Shown: positions 11,449 through 20,665 of the stretch, in pieces
Numbering within the stretch: position 1 is the first letter of the stretch
Layout: every line of letters begins with the position of its first letter
DNA from: Methanobacteriota archaeon
GTDB taxonomy: Archaea > Thermoplasmatota > Thermoplasmata > SG8-5 > DAIRED01
Reading direction: 5' to 3'
DNA length: 64,000 bases
Assembly (NCBI GenBank): GCA_043799545.1
Contig: JAZDNO010000019.1
Coordinates: forward strand, 64,001 to 128,000
Program-made: the position numbers and the translations under genes
The notes under the pieces: generated by a model
The model's database searches: none
What the model saw: the letters and a program-made list of their open reading frames with translations, nothing else
What the model was told of the DNA's origin: nothing

Positions 11449-12798
11449 ATGACGGACGAGGATTCCGAGCGGCTGGAGAAGGCCAGCCTCCCAGGCAGAT
11501 TGGCGATGCGCTGGCACCCGTTTTACAAGGGGAAGGTCGAGATGATCGGCAAGTGCCGCGTGAAGGATTTCTCGGATTTCGGCGTGTGGTACACGCCAGG
11601 CGTGGCAGAACCTTGCAGGGCCATTGCGGCGGAGCCGATTCTGGCATACGAGCACACGAACAGATGGAACTACATCGCAGTCGCGTCGAACGGAACCAGG
11701 GTCCTAGGCCTCGGAGACATCGGACCGCTGGCCGGATACCCGGTGATGGAGGGCAAGTGCCTCCTGTTCAAGTACTTGGGCGGCGTGGACGCGACCTCGC
11801 TGATGATAGACACCAAGGACCCTGAGAAGTTCATAGAGACTGTTAAACTGGTCTCGCCGACGTTTGGCGGAATCAACCTGGAGGACATAAGGACGCCTGA
11901 CTGCTACCGCATCCTCGACAGGCTGAGGGCGGAGCTGGACATCCCGGTTTGGCACGACGACCAGCAGGGCACGGCGGCCATCACGCTGGCAGGGGTGATA
12001 AACGGCCTGAAGGTCGCGGGGAAGAAGCTGCCGGAGGCGCGAATCGCCCTCGTCGGAGCTGGCGCCGCCAACATCTGCCTCGCCAACACCCTGGTGAAGG
12101 CGGGAGCGGACCCCGGAAAAATCGTGGTCGTGGACAGCAAGGGCACACTCCACACGGGCAGGGAGGACGCGGAGCGGGATGGCGCGGCGAACCCCCGCAA
12201 GTGGGAGCTGGCGGTCAAGACGAACAGGGAGGGCGTCGTCGGGGGCATACCCGAGGCGCTCGCCGGCGCGGACGTGCTGGTCAGCGCGTCGAAGCCCGGT
12301 CCCGGCACAATCAGGAAGGAATGGCTCCGGGGCATGGCTGCGAATCCTGTAGTCTTCGCGGAGGCCAATCCAGTGCCAGAGATATGGCCGTGGGAGGCGA
12401 AAGAAGCTGGAGTGCGAATATTCGGCACGGGGCGGTCCGACTTCCCCAACCAGGTGAACAACAGCATCGGCTTTCCAGGCATCTTCCGCGGGACTCTCGA
12501 CGTGCGCGCCAGCACGATAACGGACGAGATGCACATCGCGGCGGCGCACTCCATCGCGAAGACGGCGGAGGAGCACGGTATAAGCGAGGAATACCTCGTC
12601 CCGACGATGGAAGACATGAACGTGTTCGTCAACGAGGCGGTCGCGGTGGCGGAGACGGCGATGGCGCAGGGCGTCGCGAGGCTGAAGCGCACGAGGCAGG
12701 ATTTGCGCGAGACGGCGGAGGCGCTGATAAAATCATCGAGGGCAAAGACTCAGCTCATGATGGCGCAGGGATTTATTCAAGAGCCGCCGGAGTGCTGA
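11449..12798 (+). CDS. NAD(P)-dependent malic enzyme
   Basis: YTPGVAEPC, NGTRVLGLGDIG, PVMEGK, GGINLEDI, HDDQQGTA, GAGAA, GRSDFPNQVNN. Confidence 0.95.
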   Translation: MTDEDSERLEKASLPGRLAMRWHPFYKGKVEMIGKCRVKDFSDFGVWYTPGVAEPCRAIAAEPILAYEHTNRWNYIAVASNGTRVLGLGDIGPLAGYPVMEGKCLLFKYLGGVDATSLMIDTKDPEKFIETVKLVSPTFGGINLEDIRTPDCYRILDRLRAELDIPVWHDDQQGTAAITLAGVINGLKVAGKKLPEARIALVGAGAANICLANTLVKAGADPGKIVVVDSKGTLHTGREDAERDGAANPRKWELAVKTNREGVVGGIPEALAGADVLVSASKPGPGTIRKEWLRGMAANPVVFAEANPVPEIWPWEAKEAGVRIFGTGRSDFPNQVNNSIGFPGIFRGTLDVRASTITDEMHIAAAHSIAKTAEEHGISEEYLVPTMEDMNVFVNEAVAVAETAMAQGVARLKRTRQDLRETAEALIKSSRAKTQLMMAQGFIQEPPEC

Positions 12799-12902
12799 AT
12801 CGATAGATAGCGGTTGGATGCTGGACCACCTCAAAAGTAGTGTACAGTGGTAGCCTCAATAATGTGCGATGTTTAAATTGATAATATGGATTAACAATAT
12901 GT

Positions 12903-12933
12903 GTTTCGGGACTGGTTTTTTCAGTCCCGAAAC
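12903..12933. terminator. 12-bp perfect inverted repeat between convergent genes
   Basis: GTTTCGGGACTG (12903-12914), loop GTTTTTT, CAGTCCCGAAAC (12922-12933), just past the stop of the small ORF at 12945. Confidence 0.6.
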
Positions 12934-12944
12934 CTTGGTTTTCA

Positions 12945-13124
12945 TTACTTTACGGACGGTTTCTTCTCGTCGCTTCCGCTCTTTATTCTAATAGTTCCCA
13001 TCAGCACCAGCACTACGAGCGTTATTATCACGGCGGCCAACAGGCCGAAAAAATACCAGCCCACTAGGAATGCAATCACCGACAGTAACGAGATTTTCGA
13101 CCAATCCATGGATATTGATACCAT
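12945..13124 (-). CDS. 59-aa small membrane protein (below ORF-track cutoff)
   Basis: Hand translation MVSISMDWSKISLLSVIAFLVGWYFFGLLAAVIITLVVLVLMGTIRIKSGSDEKKPSVK*. RBS GGAGGTGA lies 6 nt upstream. Confidence 0.7.
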   Translation of the reverse strand: MVSISMDWSKISLLSVIAFLVGWYFFGLLAAVIITLVVLVLMGTIRIKSGSDEKKPSVK

Positions 13125-13161
13125 TGTACATCACCTCCCTTTTATTGTTATTTTATTATCC

Positions 13162-13497
13162 TCAGAGAGGCCCGCCTACGGTGGGCAGGAATATCCCGAC
13201 GAATATCGCGACAATCCAGACGACCGCCGCTGTTGCGATGGCCTTCAGCCAGCCCATGTTGTACATGCTTCCGAGCGCGAGCGTCCATACAAGGCCGCCT
13301 AGCACCGCGGCAAGAAGCCCGTTGCCTAAGAAGAAATACGCCAGGGCATAGACAACGGCTCCTACCAGAGCCGCAATCAGGGCGGTCCCGAAGCCTTCGC
13401 TTTCACCGAACATGGCCGTTATCGCATAGATGATTATGGCCGATATGACCAGCGCGATAAGGAAATACAATAGCGTCGATATTATTGTTTCAGACAT
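13162..13497 (-). CDS. small multi-pass membrane protein
   Basis: 111 aa, almost entirely hydrophobic, about 4 helices with Gly-rich turns; GGAAGGA upstream. Confidence 0.7.
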   Translation of the reverse strand: MSETIISTLLYFLIALVISAIIIYAITAMFGESEGFGTALIAALVGAVVYALAYFFLGNGLLAAVLGGLVWTLALGSMYNMGWLKAIATAAVVWIVAIFVGIFLPTVGGPL

Positions 13498-13714
13498 TTT
13501 TTATCCTTCCTTGATACTCAATCTATTGCTAGCTATATATAACTTGTTATCAAAAATTTAAATTCATCAGCTTGATAAATATTATTTTAATAAATAAATA
13601 TTTGAAAAATACGATAATGTTGAAATCAATACAGAGCTATGATGCGAGGAGCGAAACCCCCCGGGCAATCGAAACCTGGATTAATTCTATGGTAAGTTGC
13701 AACCCGATGTAAGT

Positions 13715-14071
13715 TCACGCCCGTTTGAAGTGCCTCATCCTCTTCGGTATCTCCAGGGAAATCTCCACGAGGCCCAAGCGCTTGCCGTCCTCGTACCACG
13801 GCGCCTGGTAGATTAGCTTCTTCACTCCGTCCTTTTCAATCGTGTACGCGTTCGTGCGACCGGATGCCATCATCGAGTCTATCTTCACGCGCGCCGCTGG
13901 AGGGTGGCATTGCCTCAAATCCTTACCGACTAGCTTCTTTCCCCCGTCCCTGACGAACGTCTTCTCCGAGCGCTTGTTCATCTCCAGGATTGTGCCGTCC
14001 TTAGCGCAGACGGTTATCGCTCCGGGGAATTCGTCTACCCACTGGTGCTGCTTGTAGGCTTTGGGATTCAT
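13715..14071 (-). CDS. stand-alone PAS domain protein
   Basis: AITVCAKDGTILEMNKRSE...LVGKDLRQCHP PAS signature. AGGTG RBS before ATG 14071. Confidence 0.75.
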   Translation of the reverse strand: MNPKAYKQHQWVDEFPGAITVCAKDGTILEMNKRSEKTFVRDGGKKLVGKDLRQCHPPAARVKIDSMMASGRTNAYTIEKDGVKKLIYQAPWYEDGKRLGLVEISLEIPKRMRHFKRA

Positions 14072-14256
14072 TGGAACACCTGATAGAAAGGGGAAGGAGC
14101 GAAGAAGGCAAAAAGGAATCGGATGGTCGGCATTGCCCAATGCTAGAGCATCGTTTATGATGGCCCATCCAGATACGGACTAGCACTGCATGGCTGGTGA
14201 GCTAGTCCTCTCTGGATGGGAACCCATTCTCATAACTAATTCTAAAATGATTCGGA

Positions 14257-14330
14257 TGGGCCCATCCAGATTCGAACTGGAGTCTCGAGCTCCCAAAGCT
14301 CGAAGTATGACCAAGCTAGCCCATGGGCCC
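14257..14330 (-). tRNA. tRNA-Pro (TGG), CCA not encoded
   Basis: Acceptor GGGCCCA/TGGGCCC, anticodon arm CGAGC-TTTGGGA-GCTCG, T arm TCCAG-TTCGAAT-CTGGA, discriminator A. D stem has one mismatch. Confidence 0.95.
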
Positions 14331-14485
14331 TCGCCACGAGGATGGAGCGCTGGGATATATCTCTTTTCCGGTTCGGGGGAGCTATCAGCGGCGATATCCG
14401 GCCCTCATCCTTATATGAACGCGCAACCGGATGCAATCCAGCGTCAGGAACAAACTTTATGAGTTCAAATTGGTTGTGCATCCCG

Positions 14486-15901
14486 ATGAAAAGGTTGAGC
14501 GTCGTCGCCGTGACCGCGGTCCTGCTGGCGGTTTCCATAGCCGGCACGGGTTGGGCGCTGAGCACCGAGCCCGAGAGGAACCCCGGCGATTCGGTCGCAT
14601 TCGCCGTTCCTGTTTCAGAGCCCCTGGCGCCTGCCGCGGCTCCGCTGGCCGCGGGTTACACCCCGGCAAGCTTTCAGTTCGGCGTCGACGTCGAGACACA
14701 TGGCATCTACGTCGGCTACGGCGGGGCGCTTCGGGTCAGGCTCAACAACAGCCGGAGCGACAGCGAGATGCATGTCGTCAAGGAGCGAATCGTTTGGCTC
14801 GGGGGGATTGTCGAGAAGGATGTGAGCGTCGAGGTCGGGGCGAGGGCGGTGAGCGACCTCGGGCTGGTGTGGCTTCCCGGGCCGAACTTCGAGGGGGACC
14901 AGTCATACAAGGTCTCCCTGGAAATCCTCGTGAAGCAGGGCTCGTCGTGGAAGCGCCTGGGCGACGCGGGCGATCAGTGGACGGACTTCCAGCCGGGGTC
15001 TCTGCCGGTCATCGTGGATGGAACCGCCTCCGAATACGAGCGGGGCACCAATTGCTACGCATATTACGACAGGGCGAACGCCCTCATAGAGGACAGGGCG
15101 CAGACGGTGGCGGCGGCGCTCGCGGAGGCAACGTCCGGCATGCCTGGCGACCTCACGTACGAGAGGCTGTGCGGGGTCTATGACTGGGTCTCCCATAACA
15201 TCGCCTACGTCTCGGAACCGGAGGGCGAGGACGACTGGCAGACGCCCGAAGAGACGCTGGCGTCGGGCGGCGGGGACTGCGAGGATTTCACGCTCCTGAT
15301 ATCCGACATGGTTCTGGAGATGGGCGGGACCCCGAGGATGTACCTCATCGACGAGCACGCATTCGCAGCAATCTGGGTGGGCGAGAGCACGGCCGCCGCT
15401 GAAGATGCCATCAACGGTTACTACGGCGCGGAGTTGAAGCTCGCTTTCATAGAGGACGGCGGAGGGTTCTGGGTCGTGGCCGACCCTCTCGGCTCCCTGC
15501 ACCTTGGCGGGCTAGCCGTCCGGTCCGAGCCCACGTCCTCAACTGTCTGGGACTTCACTGACACGGCTGTCCTCTACGGAATAGACATGACGAGGGCGCC
15601 GGGCAGCGTCCGGATTTGGGAGCAGGACAGGCTCTGGGGCATATTCCAGATTGTATGCGACGTGCTCTTCCTGGCGGCTATCCTGATGGCAGTGGGCGTG
15701 GCTCCGAGGCCCGTGTGCGCCAGATGCGGAAGGAAGTTCTCCGGGGAGATTATGGAGTGCAAGGCATGCGGAGCCCTGCATCATCCACACTGTGCGAGCC
15801 AGGGATTTTGCGCGAACTGCGGCGCATCATTTAGCGCGCCCCAACCATTGCAGCCAAGCTCGCCCCCTCCGCCAACGCTGCCCCCTCGGGCACCACTATA
15901 G
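14486..15901 (+). CDS. exported transglutaminase-like cysteine protease with TM helix and cytoplasmic C4HC3 RING-like domain
   Basis: Signal peptide; triad GDCEDF / EHAFA / VADP; TM WGIFQIVCDVLFLAAILMAVGV; CARC-x10-CKAC-x4-H-x2-C-x5-CANC; Pro-rich tail. Confidence 0.75.
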   Translation: MKRLSVVAVTAVLLAVSIAGTGWALSTEPERNPGDSVAFAVPVSEPLAPAAAPLAAGYTPASFQFGVDVETHGIYVGYGGALRVRLNNSRSDSEMHVVKERIVWLGGIVEKDVSVEVGARAVSDLGLVWLPGPNFEGDQSYKVSLEILVKQGSSWKRLGDAGDQWTDFQPGSLPVIVDGTASEYERGTNCYAYYDRANALIEDRAQTVAAALAEATSGMPGDLTYERLCGVYDWVSHNIAYVSEPEGEDDWQTPEETLASGGGDCEDFTLLISDMVLEMGGTPRMYLIDEHAFAAIWVGESTAAAEDAINGYYGAELKLAFIEDGGGFWVVADPLGSLHLGGLAVRSEPTSSTVWDFTDTAVLYGIDMTRAPGSVRIWEQDRLWGIFQIVCDVLFLAAILMAVGVAPRPVCARCGRKFSGEIMECKACGALHHPHCASQGFCANCGASFSAPQPLQPSSPPPPTLPPRAPL

Positions 15902-15925
15902 TGTCAATGAGCCGCCTGAGGATTT

Positions 15926-17215
15926 TCAATGCCCGGCCAGCATGGCCTCGAGGTCCTTCCCCGGCTCTCCGATGAGCATGAGGTTGTAGTTATCCTGCAG
16001 GACTTTGAGGACTTTTGGTGTGACGAACGCCGGCGGCGAAGGACCCAGCCTGATGTTCTTGACGCCCAGGTGAAGCAGGGTGAGCAGTATCGCCACCGCC
16101 TTCTGTTCGTACCACGAGAGCACGATAGAAAGCGGGAGTTCGTTCACGCTGCACTTGAACGCTTCCGCGAGCGCCTGCGCGATGAGTATCCCGCTGTAGC
16201 TGTTGTTGCACTGGCCAAGGTCGAGGAGGCGCGGGATGCCGTCTATGTCCCCGAAATCCCTGTCGTTGAAGCGGTACTTTCCGCACGCGACTGTGAGGAT
16301 TAAGCAGTCCCTCGGAACGATCTCGGCCAGGCGCGTGTAATAGTCGCGCCCCGGCTTTGCGCCGTCGCATCCGCCGATGAGGAAGAACCTCCGTATCTTC
16401 CCGGCTTTGACTGCATCGACAATCTTCGGCGCGAGGGCGAGGACGGGCGAGTGGTGGAAGCCGGTCATGAGCGGCTTGCCAGATTTCTCGGGTAGAGCGC
16501 CGATTTTCTTCGCGTGCTCAATAACCGCGCTGTAGTCGGCCCTTTCGACGTGCTTGCAGCCGGCGACCGCTACGATGCTGGTAGTGTATAGCTTATCCCT
16601 GTACGAGTCCAGCGGGGGCATCACGCAGTTCGTCGTCATGAGTATCGGCCCTCCGAATTCAGGGAAATCGGTCCGCTGCTTCTGCCAGGCAGTGCCCCAG
16701 TTGCCGGCGAGATGCTTGTATTTCCTCAGCTCGGGGTAGGCGTGCGCAGGCAGCAGCTCGCCGTGGGTGTAGACCATGATTCCGGTCCCCTCGGTCTGCT
16801 TCAGCAGGGCTTCAAGGTCAAGGAAGTCGTGGCCGGAGACCAAAATCCCGGGAGCGGCCTTCCTCCCGGTCTGGACCCGGGATGGGCTGGGAGTCCCGAA
16901 CCTATTCAGGGTCGCCTCGTCCAGCAGCTTCATGATGCGCAGGTTCGTCTCCCCGGCCTTGAGGACCAATTTCACATGGTCGTTCAGGTCGAAATCCACG
17001 TTGGTCAGGGTCTTGAACAGGGCCTCGTGCATGAACGCGTCCACGGCCTCGTCGTGCACGCCATATTCTCTGGCGTGGTAGGCATACGCTGCGATGCCCT
17101 TCAGACCGTATGTCAGAGTCAATTGCAGGCTCTGTATGTCCTCGTCCTTTCCGCACACACCCTTGACCGTGCATGCCTCTCCCTTCGCCGTCTGCTCGCA
17201 CTGGTTACAGAACAT
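15926..17215 (-). CDS. hcp: hybrid cluster protein (hydroxylamine reductase), short class III-like form
   Basis: MFCNQCEQT..C..KGVCGK, SGHD, YTHGELLPAH, LMTTNCV, GGCDG, DLGQCNNS, WYEQKA; 429 aa. Confidence 0.95.
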   Translation of the reverse strand: MFCNQCEQTAKGEACTVKGVCGKDEDIQSLQLTLTYGLKGIAAYAYHAREYGVHDEAVDAFMHEALFKTLTNVDFDLNDHVKLVLKAGETNLRIMKLLDEATLNRFGTPSPSRVQTGRKAAPGILVSGHDFLDLEALLKQTEGTGIMVYTHGELLPAHAYPELRKYKHLAGNWGTAWQKQRTDFPEFGGPILMTTNCVMPPLDSYRDKLYTTSIVAVAGCKHVERADYSAVIEHAKKIGALPEKSGKPLMTGFHHSPVLALAPKIVDAVKAGKIRRFFLIGGCDGAKPGRDYYTRLAEIVPRDCLILTVACGKYRFNDRDFGDIDGIPRLLDLGQCNNSYSGILIAQALAEAFKCSVNELPLSIVLSWYEQKAVAILLTLLHLGVKNIRLGPSPPAFVTPKVLKVLQDNYNLMLIGEPGKDLEAMLAGH

Positions 17216-17483
17216 ATTTTTCCCCTCCTTTAATGCTGTTGCGGTCTGTCAGAGTCTGGGCCACGCCAGCGTAGCAGTCGTCGCACAGGAACCTCGGAGC
17301 CTTCCGCTCCCTCTTGCGCTCCATTCCGAGCATAGCCATGCCGGCGGTGTCCATCAACACCATCTCGGTGAACGTCACCTCCGCAATCCGCACGTGGTCC
17401 TGGCACAGGCCCATCCCGCACACGACGCATATCCCGACTGCCTGTGATTCCTTCCCCTTTTTGGCGCATTTGTAGCAGAGCAT
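17205..17483 (-). CDS. DUF2180-like zinc-binding protein
   Basis: MLCYKC...AVGICVVCGMGLCQDH...FLCDDC; overlaps the hcp start and contains its RBS. Confidence 0.75.
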   Translation of the reverse strand: MLCYKCAKKGKESQAVGICVVCGMGLCQDHVRIAEVTFTEMVLMDTAGMAMLGMERKRERKAPRFLCDDCYAGVAQTLTDRNSIKGGEKYVL

Positions 17484-17620
17484 ACCTTTGTCCCCGTGAT
17501 AAACAGGCGCCTATTTGTTATAAATGCAATCCCTACAAAATTAAACGATTGTGAACGTTATGGCATCCCACTCTGCTGGCGTGCAGAGCCAGTGACCAAG
17601 CGACCATTGCAACTCACCCA

Positions 17621-20533
17621 TCAACCTTCGCGACCCAGACCTTCTAGCATCTTCTCGCACCGTTCGGCGTCCTTCCGGATGTTGGACTTCCTGAACGCCT
17701 GCAGCGCCAGCATAAGGTGCTCACGCGCAGATTCCCGTCTTCCCTCCTTCGCCAGGAGTTCGGCATACTGCGTGCGCACGATTGCCCCGTCGATGACGAA
17801 ACCCGCCCCCTCCAGCCTATTGATGGATGATTCGTATTTGACGAAACAGCCATCTTTGTCGCCAGTTCCGAGAAGGACATCCCCCTCCAGCTTATCCACC
17901 ATGCCGATGAACTTCTTCAGGTCGAGTTCCTCCGCGACCCTCTTCGCGCGCTCAATGTTCACACTTGCGTCTTCCAGCCTTCCCGTGGCCAGGTTCAGCT
18001 CCGCCAGGCCGCAGTTCGCGCTGGCCTCGCCGGGCCTGTCTCCGTCCGCCGACGCGATCTCGAGTGCGTGCGTGTAGGCATCTAAGGCGCCCTCCGCATC
18101 GCCGAGATTCGTCTTGCATTTGGCTATATTTGTGTACAGGCGCGCTGACTCGACTCCCAACCTTTCCGAGAGTTCTAACGCCCGCGAGAAATGCGCCATC
18201 GCGTTGTCGAAATCGGCTGTGTCCTGCAGGAGTGCGCCGATGTTGGTGTTGGCGAAGAGCGCGCCCATCAGGTCTCCAATCCCCTCGCGGATGGCGAGCG
18301 CCCTCTTGTAGTAGTCGAGCGCAGCGCCGTAATCACCGAGGTCTGCGTGAGCGTTCCCGATGTTGTTCAGGGAAGCCGCGATGACATCCTTGTTGCCGGA
18401 TTTCTCTCGGGCCAACAACGCCTTCGAGTAATTCTCCAATGCCCGGGAGTTCTCTCCCCTGTCCGCGAGCACGTTGCCTATGAGGTTGAACGCGAACCCA
18501 GTCTCCTCGTAGGCGTTTCCCTGCTTCTCAAGAAGGGAAAGGCAGTCGTTGGCGCACGTCAATGCCGTGTCGAACTCACCAAGGCGCCAGTGAACAACCC
18601 CCTTTCCGACGGTCAGCTTGCTGAGCTCCGGGGAATCGGTAGCTTCGACTAGTTTGATTCCGGTTTCGAAGGATTCAATCGCGGCCTTCGGGTTCCCCGC
18701 CTTTTCTAGGGTATACCCGATTTTCCTGTGCAACCTGGCAGACCCTTCGGGCTCTTGGTTGGCCGACCTAGCAGACTCGTACTTCCCCACAGCTTCGACG
18801 AATCTGCTCACGAGCCTGAGCATGTCGCCGGTCCTCTCGCGTATTGCCGGAAGCCTCTCAGCATCGAGCAGGTTGCCGCTTTTGGCCGATGAGATGAGCG
18901 ATTCGACGAATTCGAAATATTCAATCGCCGACGCCGGTGCGTAGACCAAGGCGGATTTCTCCCCGGCCAAGAGGTTGTAGTTCAGAGCCTTGCCGTGCTC
19001 GCGGCTCCTTCTAAAATGGTACGCTAGTTCGTGGAGGCGCGCTTCTTGCAGTCCGAGCCCTTCGATTGTCTCCCCTATTCGCCTGTGCCTGGCCGCCCTC
19101 CATCGCTCCCCCGTTTCGCCGTATATTATCTCCCTAACCTTCGGCATGGAGAACCTGTATGCTCCGTCGTCCCGTATGACGAGATGTCTCCCTTCGAGGC
19201 GCTCCAAGGCGCTCTCGAACGATTTTCCTGGCAGGTCCTTTTCCGAGACCGCGCGCGATAGAATGTCGAAGTCAATATCCCCTGGCATCGCCGCCATCAG
19301 TTCTATAACTTCGAGTTCGAGGTCGTGGAGGGAGTCGATTTTGGAGTGCAGAAGCGCGGACATCTGCGCCCCCACGCCGCTGGAGATTTGATAGTCCAAC
19401 TCCGCAACATCCCCCACGCCCTTCGACACGATCAGGTCGGCGTATTCGCGAAGCAGCGCAGGGTTTCCGCCCGTCCTCTTGACGATTTCGAGCACGAGCT
19501 CTTCACGGAGCCCGTCCCCGCATGTTGAGCGGACGAATGCTGCGGCAGAAGGCTCGTTTAAATCTGCGAGGTGGATGATTTCGCCGTGCTTGTCAGCCAG
19601 AGTCATCAGGGCAGAGATGTGCTCAACCCCCTCCATCGGCTGCAGGGCTGCGATTACGAGCAGCTTCCTCTTTTTGTTGGTCCTCACAAGATGTTCCAGG
19701 AGTTGAAGCGAATTGCCGTCTATGGAGTGTGCGTCGTCGATGAAGAGCAAGGTTGGGGATTCCGATGCCAGCCTGTCGAACAGTAGCGAGTTCCTCTCGC
19801 CTATCCTGACCATCTGCTTCTTTATGTCGACATCGTCTCTCCTGGTTTCGAGGATGTACATCTTCTCCAGGAGTCCTTTCGCGAGGGCGGCGATGGGTGC
19901 AGCGGCCCTCATGTCCCCAGACCAGTTCCGCACGGTGTCGCCGTGCGCTGATTCCATCTCGGAGACGCACCTCCCGAGGTCCCTCCTCATCTGGGGGCTA
20001 TCGGTTCCGGACAGGACTCCCACGCAGAAGCAGTCACTCCCGTGCTCGATGAGTATCTTGCTGGTCCTATACTCCAGTTTGCCCAGGCCGCCCTCCTCGA
20101 TGCCGCCGTCCCCGATGGCCGCCCTGCCCAGGGAATCCCCCACAAAATTCTGCACTGCGGATATCATGCCGCCGACGATGTCCTCGTCCATCGGAGTGTC
20201 GACCCTGGCAGCGTGCGCCAGCACGAGCCCCGCTTTGTTGATGATGAAAATCCTCTCGAACGAGGCCTTCTCTTCCCAAGGCAGTTCGACTATTCCCACG
20301 TTCCTGAAAGACTGGACGAAGACGCCGTATGGCGGAGCCCCTTCGTAGCAATTGGCGGACAAGGTCTTCCAGTTGCCCGGCGGCAGCGCTTTCGCAAACT
20401 CCGACGCCAGGGTGCTCTTCCCTGTCCCCTCGTCGCCGGCGATCAAGATGAATCTTCCCGAACCAGAGAGCACTTCGCCGAGCCTCGCATTGAGCCTGCC
20501 GAGTTCGTCCACTCTTTCCAACCGAGGAACCAT
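17621..20533 (-). CDS. STAND-like AAA ATPase with inserted longin/roadblock-like domain and C-terminal TPR array
   Basis: Walker A GDEGTGKS, Walker B LLFIDDAH, GGNP motif, wHD-like YRFSMPKVREIIY and about 8 TPR-like repeats. Confidence 0.8.
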   Translation of the reverse strand: MVPRLERVDELGRLNARLGEVLSGSGRFILIAGDEGTGKSTLASEFAKALPPGNWKTLSANCYEGAPPYGVFVQSFRNVGIVELPWEEKASFERIFIINKAGLVLAHAARVDTPMDEDIVGGMISAVQNFVGDSLGRAAIGDGGIEEGGLGKLEYRTSKILIEHGSDCFCVGVLSGTDSPQMRRDLGRCVSEMESAHGDTVRNWSGDMRAAAPIAALAKGLLEKMYILETRRDDVDIKKQMVRIGERNSLLFDRLASESPTLLFIDDAHSIDGNSLQLLEHLVRTNKKRKLLVIAALQPMEGVEHISALMTLADKHGEIIHLADLNEPSAAAFVRSTCGDGLREELVLEIVKRTGGNPALLREYADLIVSKGVGDVAELDYQISSGVGAQMSALLHSKIDSLHDLELEVIELMAAMPGDIDFDILSRAVSEKDLPGKSFESALERLEGRHLVIRDDGAYRFSMPKVREIIYGETGERWRAARHRRIGETIEGLGLQEARLHELAYHFRRSREHGKALNYNLLAGEKSALVYAPASAIEYFEFVESLISSAKSGNLLDAERLPAIRERTGDMLRLVSRFVEAVGKYESARSANQEPEGSARLHRKIGYTLEKAGNPKAAIESFETGIKLVEATDSPELSKLTVGKGVVHWRLGEFDTALTCANDCLSLLEKQGNAYEETGFAFNLIGNVLADRGENSRALENYSKALLAREKSGNKDVIAASLNNIGNAHADLGDYGAALDYYKRALAIREGIGDLMGALFANTNIGALLQDTADFDNAMAHFSRALELSERLGVESARLYTNIAKCKTNLGDAEGALDAYTHALEIASADGDRPGEASANCGLAELNLATGRLEDASVNIERAKRVAEELDLKKFIGMVDKLEGDVLLGTGDKDGCFVKYESSINRLEGAGFVIDGAIVRTQYAELLAKEGRRESAREHLMLALQAFRKSNIRKDAERCEKMLEGLGREG

Positions 20534-20665
20534 TTTCCTTTCCCGCCCACAATGCGGAGCGGTATCAGCACCCGCACCCGCATTGGTAATGCGCCTTCGG
20601 ATATATCGCTTTGTTCATCCCTTCGCGTCGAATGCAGATTTCGATGGGCTGGCACGACCTGCCAG

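Noticed and set aside
14195-14225. AUCCAGAGAGG on the minus strand resembles the start of a SAM-I riboswitch
   Set aside because: The downstream GGAGGGA/kink-turn, GCAACC and GUGC-AAUUCC elements are absent; it is better explained as a tRNA-like hairpin.
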